A stretch of 64,000 bases of DNA from Squalus acanthias (lineage: Eukaryota). The notes below the pieces were generated by a model, which did no database searches, had not been told where the DNA came from, and saw only the letters and a list, made by a program, of their open reading frames with translations. Location of the stretch: positions 24,552,001 through 24,616,000 of the forward strand of contig CM059440.1 of NCBI GenBank assembly GCA_030390025.1, read 5' to 3'. Positions 1-58,113 of the stretch are shown here, piece by piece (position 1 is the stretch's first letter; each line of letters begins with the position of its first letter). Both the position numbers and the translations under genes were made by a program.

Positions 1-214
1 AACCTCTCCGCCTCGCTACCTCTCTTTCCTCCTTTAAGACGCTCCTTAAAACCAACCTTTTTGACCAAGCTTTTGGTCACCTGCCCTAATTTATCCTTAT
101 GTGGATCGGTGTCAAATTTTATTTTTTGCCTTGAAATACTCCTGTGCAGCGCCTTGGGACGTTTTACTATGTTAAAGGCACTATATAAATACAAGTTGTT
201 GTTGTTGTTGTTGT
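1..214 (+). mobile_element. 3' end of an L2-type LINE/SINE with (GTT)n tail
   Basis: gcgccttgggac..aaaggcactatataaatacaagttgttgttg; this tail is shared with the SINE copies at 31541 and 31975. Confidence 0.6.
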
Positions 215-1037
215 CCAACGATCAATCCAGCAACCGCATTGGTAACAACAGTTCAGTATTACTCTTTCGGACTGGCAGTGATAGGAAGCCCCTCCCACAG
301 ACGGCCAGTGATACATAGCCCCTCTGACAAACTGTCAGTAATTAGAAGCCCCTCCGACATTCTGACATTGTTTGAAAGCCTCCCCTGTCGTTGGCTGACA
401 GCCACATAAATCATGCCTTTGACTACCAAATTCAAGATGAACAATATGACTGAATGGGATTCAGTTCATTTTCCTCTGCTGTTTGAATACAATGATTTAG
501 GAGGGGGAGAAGCAGCCCCTTCACCTTTAACAGAATTCTACTTGTTGCATAACTGTTAAAAATAGTATCAGCTTATTCTGTGTGACCGTTTGGGCTTTCC
601 CTTTGTACCATTATTGACCCCTTGGGGTTATTGGCTGTTGTTGTCTCTGCAGAATTGATGCTTATCTTTGTGGAATTCTTACATGTTACACAGTCTGATA
701 ATTGGCACTCACACCAATCCAGCAGGGTTTCCTGCTGTCAGTAACACACACACACAGCCGCACTCTTGTACCTCAGCCAAGTGGCTGTTTTTATGTGTGA
801 GCTTGGACTGCATGCGGCTGGGCCAAATACATTGTTGCACGTATATCCCAGTGCATGTGCTGTGACAGTTGGGAGTTTCACAGCTATTGTATAACAGTGT
901 CAGGGTACTGGTATAATCCTGCCAATGCACATCAGGTGCTGTTAGTATAACCTTGTCAGTACATGAGATAGTGTTCCAAGAACATCATTTGTATTGGTGC
1001 AAGACGCCTTAATGTGTGCGGATAGTAGATTGAGGAC

Positions 1038-1487
1038 AGGTGGGTGATGGGTTGAGGATGGGCGGGTGGTGGGCTGAGGATGGGCGGGGGTGGGTTGAGG
1101 ATGGGCGGGGGTGGGTTGAGGATGGGCGGGTGGTGGGTTGAGGATGGGCGGGTGGTGGGTTGAGGATGGGTGGGGGTGGATTGAGGATGGCTGGGTGGTG
1201 GGTTGAGGATGGGCGTAGGTGGTGGGTTGAGGATGGGTGGGTGGTGGGTTGAGGATGGCTGGGTGGTGGGTTGAGGATGGCTGGGTGGTGGGTTGAGGAT
1301 GGGCGGGTGGTGGGTTGAGGATGGGTGGGGGTGGGTTGAGGAATGCTGGGTGGTGGGTTGAGGATGGCCGGGTGGTGGGTTGAGGATGGGCGGGTGGTGG
1401 GTTGAGGATGGGTGGGTGGTGGGTTGAGGATGGGCGGGTGGTGGGTTGAGGATGGGCGGGTGGTGGGTTGAGGATGGGTGGGTGATG
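1038..1487 (+). repeat. G-rich 22-bp minisatellite (GGGTTGAGGATGGGCGGGTGGT)n, about 20 units
   Basis: Directly visible tandem array; accounts for the spurious ORF 1009..1512. Confidence 0.95.
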
Positions 1488-1562
1488 GCTCTAGATGAAG
1501 TGTAAATGGCATTGTCAGAATGAAAGACAGATGCCTTGCACCATCTCTTAATCTCTCTTAAT

Positions 1563-2306
1563 GGGCCAAAAATTCATCCCGCGACGCGAGAGTACGCACT
1601 GCGTACTCTCGCGTATTCCCACTCCAATTGCCGGTTTTCTGCATGCCCTGCGCATGCGCTGAAAACCGGCAATTGGTCTTTTGAAAAGGGGGCGGTTCCT
1701 CGGTGCATCGCGTGCGCGCTACAGGCTGCGTGCACGCTGTGCACTTCATGCTTTGGACGCGCAGGTAAGTACGGAAGATTTTAGAAATGGAAAAAGGAGG
1801 AGTAAGACCCACGTTTAACAAGGTAAGTAGTGAATTAAGTATTTTTTTGAATTTTTTTTAACAGGTATATCTTTTTTAGAGACTTTAAAGACAGGTAAGT
1901 TTATTTTTATAACTTTTTAAAAGATTTTAAATTTTTTCAAAAATTTTATTTTTTATTTACAATGGTTAATTTATTTAACTATACTTATTTTATTAATGTG
2001 ATGGGTTTTTTTTTAAATTTAATTGAGGTTTAGCTGTTATTTTGGGGGGGTGTAAGATTCATAGATTTCACAGCACGTATGTGAAACTTATGAATGGAAG
2101 ATGGTGTGCTGCCATTGGCTCTAACTGAGTCACGTGATCCCACAGCTCGCACGAATTCACTACGCCGGTGGGATACGCAAGCACTGCCCAGCTGATGTCT
2201 GGAACATCAAGTTCGTGCGAGCTGGATCTGAAAAAGCACAAGCGGAGTGAGAGATCGCGGGGAAGCCTTACCCCCGCGGGAACAGAGCGAGATCAATTTC
2301 TGGGCC
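1563..2306. mobile_element. MITE-like non-autonomous DNA transposon (GGGCC.. termini), inserted into a Penelope 3' fragment
   Basis: Imperfect TIRs gggccaaaaatt / aatttctgggcc with AAT on both sides; interrupts ctctcttaat|gtctcttaatc, which is seen intact around 2405-2425. Confidence 0.65.
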
Positions 2307-2634
2307 AATTGTCTCTTAATCTCTCCTGCCTTCCATCTAGAGCCATCTTTTGTTTCTCAACTTGTGCCATTACCATCTCCTTTTGCCTTGCACCATCTCT
2401 TAATCTCTCTTAATGTCTCTTAATCTCTCCTGCCTTCCATCCTATCACAGACCTTCCCTTTTGTTCTTTCCTCCCCTCCCCCCTTTCCCGGCCCCTGCAC
2501 TTGCTTAAAAATCTGTTCCATCTCCAGCTTTTTCCAGTTCTGACGAAGGGTCATCGACCTGAAACGTTAACTCTGTTTCTCTCTCCACAGATGCTGCCTG
2601 ACCTGCTGAGTATTTCCAGCATTTTCTGTTTTTA
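2307..2634 (+). mobile_element. Penelope-like element 3'/pLTR fragment containing a hammerhead motif (2536-2572)
   Basis: Homologous to the reverse complement of 55540-56040; also continues at 1488-1562 on the other side of the MITE. Confidence 0.8.
2536..2572 (+). ncRNA. Minimal type I hammerhead ribozyme motif
   Basis: agtt-CTGACGA-[agggtcatcgacct]-GAAAC-GT-T-aact: intact core, helix II hairpin, palindromic ACGT helix III, helix I agtt/aact. Confidence 0.75.
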
Positions 2635-2644
2635 ATTAGATAAA

Positions 2645-2867
2645 TCTATCTTTTTTGGAGGTTTTGATTGAGGGACAAAGGTTGACCAGGACACCAGGAT
2701 ACACAAGAATATGTATTCTTCACATAGTATCATAGGATCTTTTAGATCCATGTAAACAGGCAGACAAGGTCTTGGTTTAACATCTCATCCAAAAGACATC
2801 ACTTCCTACAGTGCAGCACTCCTGCAGTACTGTACTGAGTGTTATCATAGATTATGTGTTCAAATCC
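2645..2867 (-). mobile_element. DeuSINE/SacSINE1-like fragment (followed by a CR1 3' tail at 2868-2958)
   Basis: Similar to 32150-32370 (ttgattgaggg..ggtttaac..cagtgcagcact..cagtactg). Confidence 0.6.
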
Positions 2868-3960
2868 AGTGGGACTAACTGAATTGCTCTTCGAAAGAGC
2901 TGGCGCAGACTTGATGGGCCGAATGGCCTCCTTCTGTGCTGTACTATTCTATGATTCTAAGGCTTAGGCAGTTGAGACCCTATAAGAGAGGTCTAAAATT
3001 TGGAAACCAAAATATCAAATGTGGATTCAGGTGAAGTGGAGTCAGAGGGTGGGGGATGATTGAACCAGGGCGAGCAGACATAATTTAATCCCTATTTTAA
3101 AGCCATACATTCTAATACTTTATTATTATATATAGTTAAATAGCAAGACTTACTACAATTTAGAAAGCGGAATTGAATGGTTGAAAGATGGGAGTTTCTC
3201 TGTAGTACAGGCTGAGGAGCTGGGAGGTGCAAAACTGCGGTGCTAGTGTATGGCAGGAGGATATAATTATAGCATGACATATTTACACAGGCAGATTCAT
3301 TTATAAATGTGGACATTTATAATTTATAATCAAAATAGTTGGCAAAAACATGACACCAGGAAGTAAAGGTTTATTAAATAGGAAGTGCATGCAGATGTAA
3401 GGCTTTTAATATATTATATATATGTATTATATCATTGTTAATTATTTGTTTGTTTGCCTTTTGTGGGATAAATCACTGAATAATTTATCATTAAAATGAG
3501 GCCAGATGTTGTGCTGCTCTATAACTTATCGAAGTTGGCAGAAATCCTATAGAGGCACAGAATAATTAGAGTAGTTAAAAATGTAACCGTGAGTTTGGGC
3601 TGGGTGGATGTTGGATTGAGGATAGATAGGTGTTGCCAGATATAACATGCTGAATTGTGATTGATGTCGCAGTCTATGTCTGCGAGGGACACGAAGGTGA
3701 CATTCTTTATTTACACTTTCACAGACAATTGCTTCCACCTTTAACAAGAGACTAATTGGGAAGATAACCTGTTGGGGAGGGGATGCTGAACTGGGATAGA
3801 CTGATGATAAGAGAAAGCAGAGAGAGATTGTTAAAGCAAAATGTTCAGAGTGTTACTTGGCGGAGAGCCAGAAGAATTGGTTCCTGCTCTTAACCTTTGG
3901 TCTCAGATGAGGTGATATTTGGGGTAAAAATTTGTAATGGCTCATTTCTGGGCATATAAC

Positions 3961-4135
3961 TGAGGCTCAGTCGTTGAGTACATTCAAGACAGAGATCGAT
4001 AGATTTTTGAATATTAAGGGGATATGGGGATAGTTCAGGAAAGTGGAGTTGAGGTAGAAGATCAGCCATGATCTTATTGAGTGGCGGAGCAGGCTCAAAG
4101 GGCCAAATGGCCTGCTCCTGCTCCTATTTCTTATG
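3961..4135 (+). mobile_element. CR1 LINE 3' fragment
   Basis: gatcagccatgatc..ggcggagcaggctcaaagggccaaatggcc..cctgctcct tail, same type as 34990-35060. Confidence 0.75.
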
Positions 4136-5701
4136 GCATGCTTCCACCTGCTCCAGGAGGCCCAAGGATCTACACAAATTGGGCCTCAGGCCATTGTAAT
4201 AATAGTGGCAAGTTGCCAGGGCCTGCCTCCAGAGGCAGTTCGCTGGTGCACCGGGAGCCAATTTAGCCCATTTGCCTCACTGGCTGCAGCCCTCAGGTAA
4301 GTCCTTAAAGGGCGGGCGGGGAGGAAGGAATAACAACCAAAAAACTGCAAGTGCCAGGAACATTTTGCAGATCAGTTAGCATCTGTTGAGAGAACCAATT
4401 TCTTCAGTTCTGATAAAGGTTTGCATAATGTGGCATTCCAACTATTCTAGGTGCAACTTGTGTTATCATGACTCAAGAACGTCCAGGAGCTGAGAGTGAC
4501 CCCTATTGTCTCCTTTCCCTCACACATTGATGTCATTCAGCTGGTCTGTTTGACCAGTAAATAAACCTTGTTTGGGAATCTGAGTCTGACATTTTTTGCA
4601 GCGAGCCTCTCAGCAGTGCTAACACGGGACACAGTGGAAGCTTTGATCCCCATCAGGGGGCGGGGGGTGGGGGGGGGGGGTTCTTTCCAAGCAAAAAGTG
4701 TTGGGGGTCTTTAAAAACGTTTAAACAAAGGAAGCAGAAGTTTGTGGTGCATTGCACCGATCAGAAAGATTTCTGATAAATGCACTGGTCAGTCACTCAC
4801 AACCAGGGCATCAGTGGGGCAGTATAACTGGCCCTGGTGTCCCTGAGCTGGGGAGGAGTAAAAGAAACCAGTTAGGATCCACGACACATGCACAAGAGTA
4901 TGACCGGGTCTAAATTTCTCTGTTGGCATTTTGAAGTGTTGTACAGACACTCTTCAGGCCACCCACCTGCACCCCACAGCTGTAATAAACGTGGTGCAAA
5001 AAAAGGAGTCAAAGTCCATTGTATACGAGCAAGGTTTGAGAAAGACAAGGTACATCTAAAAGTGGTGGTTGGCAGACTGCCAGGCCTGGCTTTTAAACAC
5101 CTTTAGATCGTAGGAGGAAGGGATGAGGAATTCACAGTAATGAGGCACTGCAAAAGTAGGAGATGGTGCGATAAATCTCGATTTCAACACGGTAAGGGAG
5201 GAGCATCTAGGATGGTGCTTCGGAGGAACAAGACAAAAAAGGTCAAAGGAACAGTGAACTTAGTTTCCAAAGAAAAATGGAGACAGGTTGGAGACGACGG
5301 AAAAGTGGATAACTTGACTCAGGTGTTGGGTTCGCTCCAGCTTTTCAAACTCAGAATTAAATTCTCCCCAAAGCTTTAAAACTACCTGCCCGGGCCTGTC
5401 GGCTCGCCGCTAATGACAGGGCAAGTCAGAGTGCAGTATGTGGGAACAGCAGAGTTCTCAGGCTCCTCGTCTCCTCCCAGTCCCGGGCTGGCAGCCAAAG
5501 CCCCGCCCCCTGAAACTGACACACAGCCCAGGAATGTCGGCCGCCCGCTGATTGGATGTCTCCAGGTAGATTTGTATTGTTCAATGGGGAGGGGGGCGGG
5601 TACCGCTGACGTCACTGGGGAATGAATGAAAGTTTGGCAAAAGTTTCCTCAAAGTTTCAATTGAAGTTTGCTCGCGTCCGGAACGGCGGCCCGCATTCAG
5701 C

Positions 5702-53217
<47,516 letters not shown>

Positions 53218-55050
53218 ACTCTTCCTGCACCCCAGGGGGTAAAACCCCCCCAAAACCTTTTTCAAACGACTTGCAATACTTGAATGGGACAATGATTATG
53301 TACTTGAGAATGCTGAAGGGATCTGGCGCTGGAGAGAAACTCGGTTCTTTTTTTAAATTTGGAGGAGAAAAAAAAAGGGAACCAGGTGGACTTCATGACT
53401 TCTCTCTTCCAGTTTTTGGGATTCCCACTGGCGAGGGTCCAACACGACTCTGTACTGGGAGGACGGGGAGCCTTCCAGAAGCCCTTGAGCTGAAGTGGCC
53501 ATAATTGAATTGCTGAGTAGGTGCTGTGTGTGTGTGTGCGTGGAGGGAATCAACTGGTTCATTTGGATCCAAACAGCATTCAGTTCTATTGGGCAGTGTG
53601 TAGTTTAATCAGTACATTGTAGATTGGTTTATTGGCTTCATCCTTTTAGGAGCAACAGGGGACCCCCCCCCCCCCAGTGCCCAATAATAGGACTGTCACA
53701 GGGCATGCCTCCTTATCTAACCCCATCTTCAGAGTTTCTTTTATATTAAAGTTGAGACTCTCTCAGGAAACATTTATTTTTTTTGAACTCTACATTTCCT
53801 ATTTCTTAGGGTTTGATGCACCAGCTTGATGTTAGCAAACTTGATGGAGTTTAAACCAGACCAAGTTTAATAGATGGCGTGTAGAACACTAATTCAATGA
53901 CTGTATAAATGTAATTTTTGCAAACTTTAAGCATGTTTATAATGCCATTTTAAACTCTAGAAATGATGTGGCAGTCAAGCCACGACTGGCTGAAGCGCAC
54001 ACATCATTTCTCAGTTGGCTGACCCTGCTAATCCTTTCATCGGGCCCTAATGAATGATTTCCACATGTAATGGTGCATTCCCAATCTCCCACGATTTAGG
54101 CTGGAACATGCTTGGTGCCCATGAAAGATGATGGTCAAACAGTTAGAACACACTACCACACAATGGGGCACTGGATACGTTCTCTGGATGTTGGGCTAGT
54201 GTTTAAAATCCAATGAGAGCACTATTGCCAGTCGGGCAATATTTCATATGTATAATGAGGGGCGGGTTTTCCTACCACATCCAAATGATGGCAGTCATGA
54301 GCCTCTCAGCCAGTTCAAAGACTACCTCTACCCACTCCTGGAGGTGCAGTGATGGGTACTATGACTGTTAATACAAGCGGCCAACAATGCACCATATTGC
54401 TAAATCCCAACGGTAAACTCTCCTGAAATTCAGTGTATGATCTCCATGTCCTGCAAACATTCCCATTTCAGAGGTTCCCTCTCCCGATGTCTGTGTGTAA
54501 TTGTAACGCACTTCCGTAATGATCCATAAACAAAATAGCAATAAAGACGATGTAGCTCGTTGTCTGGGGGGGGTGGGGGGGGGGAGTTTTGCACACAACA
54601 TTATTGGTGGGTGGGGGGGAATCCTTTTTTCCAAATCCGGGTTATTTTTTAAATTAAAAACAAAAAAGAAAGTGAATTTGCACAGCCTGAATTTTATTTC
54701 CTGATTTATAGGAATCTGACAGATATATATATATATATTTTGTAAATCTTTTCAGAAATAGTTTGAGATAGAAACTTTTGCTTTTTTTTTAAAAAAAGGA
54801 AAAATATGATGTTTAATTTAAGCTGTATTTATTCTGCGCTTTCCTACCTGACTCTCTCTTATTTATTTAACTCTGAATTTAATTTTCTTGCCTTTGGCTG
54901 CAAGTGTGTGATTTTACTCTTTATTGTCTTTAATTTGCTTGTATTTAGAAAATGATTTATTTATTCAGACCAAAACGAATGGAGCCTATGGAAAGGCTCC
55001 CTGTCCAGGAGTTTTTTTATAATAAAAGCTGGTGTACTGGTATAGAGTTT
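53218..55050 (+). other. EPHA2 3' UTR (probable extent) with AU-rich elements
   Basis: Repeat-free stretch after the stop codon, ATTTA clusters at 54820-54965, ending near AATAAA at 55021. Confidence 0.65.
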
Positions 55051-55070
55051 CCTGTGATTTTTTTTCCTCT
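55021..55070 (+). terminator. Probable polyadenylation signal AATAAA with downstream GU/U-rich element
   Basis: AATAAA 55021-55026 preceded by a U-rich run and followed by gtttcctgtgattttttttt; an alternative AATAAA lies at 54540-54545. Confidence 0.6.
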
Positions 55071-55532
55071 TGCTTTAATGTACGTTGGGGACAGTGCAAG
55101 TTTCTGCTGCCATTTGAGATTACACCGACGTAATGAAATGGTAAATAAATCCCAAAGCCTGGTGCAGATGCACAAACAGTCTGCCAAGTTTGCATAGTGG
55201 AATTTTTGCAGCATCGCCCTCTTGGTATGAATGTCAAGGACGTCGAGGTGGCTGGTACATTGCAAGCTTCCTGCATATAGGTCCTTCCATCAGGCTGAAG
55301 GCAGATCTCTATCAAACAGCTGATGAGGAAACTCCCTGAGGCTGGGTATATGAATGGACACTCAAATATCCAGGGTTCAGTGCCAACCAGTGACTTGAGT
55401 TGAAGAGAGGCAAAGAGTCACTGATGAAACTATAGTGTATGTGTGTGTCCATGCTGTGGCCTACCGGTGGAAGTAGCCCTGTCCCTGGTTGCTAGGATTT
55501 CCCAATAAGCAAGCCAATACCCAAACATTTAA

Positions 55533-58041
55533 TACGATAGCAAAATACTGCGGATGCTGGAAATCCGAAATGACAACAGAAAACGCTGGAAAAACTCAGC
55601 AGGCCAGGCAGCATCCGTGGAGAGAGAAACAGAGTTAACGTTTCAGGTCGAAGACCTTTCGTCAGAACTGGAAAAAAGCAGGAAATGAAATAGATTTTAA
55701 AGCAAGTATAATGCTGGGAAAAGGGGGAGGGGATGAAAGAACAAAAGGGAAGGTCAGGGTAGGATAGAAAGCAGGAGAGATTAAGAGATAGCAAAATACT
55801 GCAGATGCTGGAAATCTGAAATAACAACAGAAAACGCTGGAAAAACTCAGCAGGCCAGGCAGCATCCGTGGAGAGAGAAAGAGAGTTAACGTTTCAGGTC
55901 GATGACCTTTCGTCAGAGATTAAGAGACATTGAGAGACATTAAGAGATATTCAAGGCAAGAGGAGGTGGTAATGGGACAGGTTGAGGAACAAAGGATGGC
56001 TCTAGATGAAGTGTGAAATGCGCTGGCAGAATGAAGGACAGCTGCCAACTTCTGGGAGGGAAAAAAAAGGCCAAACAAAAGGGTGGATAAAAAAAATGTA
56101 TATATGTGATGGGGGCCGGGGTTATGATCTGAAATTGTTGAACTCTATGTTGAGTCCAGAGGGCTGTAGAGTGCCTAAACGAAAGATGAGGTGCTGTTCC
56201 TCGAGCTTACGCTGAGCTTCCGTGGAACAATGCAAGAGGCCGAGGATGGTGAGGTCAGAGTGGGAGTGGAGCGGAGAATTAAAGTGACAGGCCACCGGGA
56301 GCTCGGGGTCCCCCTTACGGACTGAATGGAGGTGTTCCGCAAAGCAGTCACCCAATCTGCGTTTGGTCTCCCCAATGTAGAAGAGACTGCATCGTGAGCA
56401 GCGAATACAGTATACTAAATTGCAGGAACTACAAGTAAATCGCTGTTTCACCTGGAAGGGGTGTTTGGGGGCCTGGACAGTGGGAAGCGGGGAGGTATAA
56501 GGGCATGTGTTGCATCTCCTGCGCTTGCACGGGAAGGTGCCGGGCGAAGGGGAAGGGGTGCTGGGGGTGGTAGAGGAGTGGACTAGGGTGTCGCGGAGGG
56601 AGCGGTCCCTACGGAATGCTGAAAGGGGAGGTGAGGGGAAGATGCGTTTTGTGGTGGGATCACGCTGGAGATGGCGGAGGATGATCCGTTGAATGTGGCG
56701 GCTGGTGGGGTGAAAGGTGAGGACAAGGGGAACTCTATCGTGGTTCCGGGAGGGAGGGGCAGAAGTGCGGGAGATAGAACGGACACGGTCGAGGGCCGTG
56801 TCAACCACAGTAGAGGGGAATCCTCGGTTGAGGAAAAAGGAAGACATGTCGGAAGCACTGGTATGGAAGGTGGTATCGTCAGAGCAGATGCGGCGGAGAC
56901 GGAGAAACTGGGAGAATGGAATAGAGTCCTTACAGGAGGTGGGGTGGGAGGAAGTGTAGTCCAGGTAGCTGTGGGAGTCAGTGGGCTTGTAGTGAATGTT
57001 TGTCAATAACCTATCCCCAGAGATGGAGATGGAGAAGTCGAGGAAGGGAAGGGAAGAGTCGGAGATGGACTATGTGAAGGTGAGGGAAGGGTGGAAATTG
57101 GAAGCATAGTGAATGAAATTTTCTAGTTCAGGGCGAGAGCAGGAGAAGGCACCGATAGTCATCAATGTACCAGAAAAAGAGGTGAGGGAGGGGACCAGAG
57201 TAGGACTGGAACAAAGAGTGTTCCACATATCCCAGGAAAAGGCAGGCATAGCTAGGACCCATGTGGGTACCCATAGCAACACCTTTGATTTGGAGGAAAT
57301 GAGTGGAGTCAAAGGAGAAGTTGTTCAATGTGAGAACAAGTTCAGCCAGGCGGAGGAGGGTGGTGGTGGATGGGGACTGGTTGGGCCTCTGTTCAAGGAA
57401 GAAGCGGAGCGCCCTCAGGCCATCCTGGTGGGGGATGGAGGTGTAGAGGGATTGTATGTCCATAGTGAAAAGGAGGCGGTTGGGGCCGGGAAACTGGAAA
57501 CTGTTAAATTGGCGGAGGGCATCAGAAGACTCGCGGATGTAGGTGGGAAGAGACTGGACAAGGGGAGAAAAAATAGAGTTGAGATAGGAAGAGATAAGTT
57601 CCGTGGGGCAAGAACAGGCTGAAACGATGGGTCTACCAGGGCAGTCCTGTTTGTGGATCTTGGGAAGGAGGTAGAAGCGGGCTGTGCGGGGTTAGGGAAC
57701 TATGAGGTTGGCGGCCGTGGGGGGAAGATCTCCAGAGGAGATGAGGTCAGTGACAGTCTTGGAAACGGTGGCTTGATGTTCGGTAGTGGGGTCATGGTCC
57801 AGGTGGAGGTAGGAGGAGGTGTTGGAGAGTTGGCGTTCAGCTTCCGTTAGGTAGAGGTCGGTTCGCCAAACAACAACAGCACCACCCTTGTCAGCAGGTT
57901 TAATGACAATGTCGGGGTTGGATCTGAGAGAATGGAGTGCTGCAAGTTCAGAGGGAGGTAGGTTGGAGTGAGTGAGGGGAGCAGAGAAATGGAGACGGCC
58001 GATGTCACGGCGGCAGTTTGCAATGACAAGATCGAGATCCA
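55533..58041 (-). mobile_element. Penelope-like retroelement (RT + C-terminal GIY-YIG endonuclease), 5'-truncated and decayed, with a tandem 3' pLTR
   Basis: IKPADKGG, MDIQSLYTSI, QIKGVAMGT, YIDD; CxxxxCxxC and VYCIRC..YIGET endonuclease motifs; frameshift after YIDD, internal stops; 14-bp TSD ACCC(A/G)AACATTTAA at 55519 and 58042. Confidence 0.93.
55633..55669 (-). ncRNA. Minimal hammerhead ribozyme motif in the Penelope pLTR (a second core at 55884-55916 lacks the 5' strand of helix I)
   Basis: Reverse complement reads agtt-CTGACGA-aaggtcttcgacct-GAAAC-GT-T-aact. Confidence 0.75.
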
Positions 58042-58113
58042 ACCCGAACATTTAAGGTGGTCCTAGCTAGACAAGTGGTGAGAAACTCATCAGCGCTCTG
58101 TACTAGTGAGCAA

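Noticed and set aside
1038-1487. Possible CRISPR-like array
   Set aside because: Units are contiguous with no unique spacers; eukaryotic context, no cas genes
1009-1512. 167-aa Pro/Thr/His-rich ORF
   Set aside because: It is a translation of the 22-bp minisatellite; no splice or start context
56122-57006. 294-aa ORF as a standalone or domesticated GIY-YIG nuclease gene
   Set aside because: It is the 3' part of a frameshifted Penelope ORF, with an apparent Arg-to-Cys change in the nuclease motif
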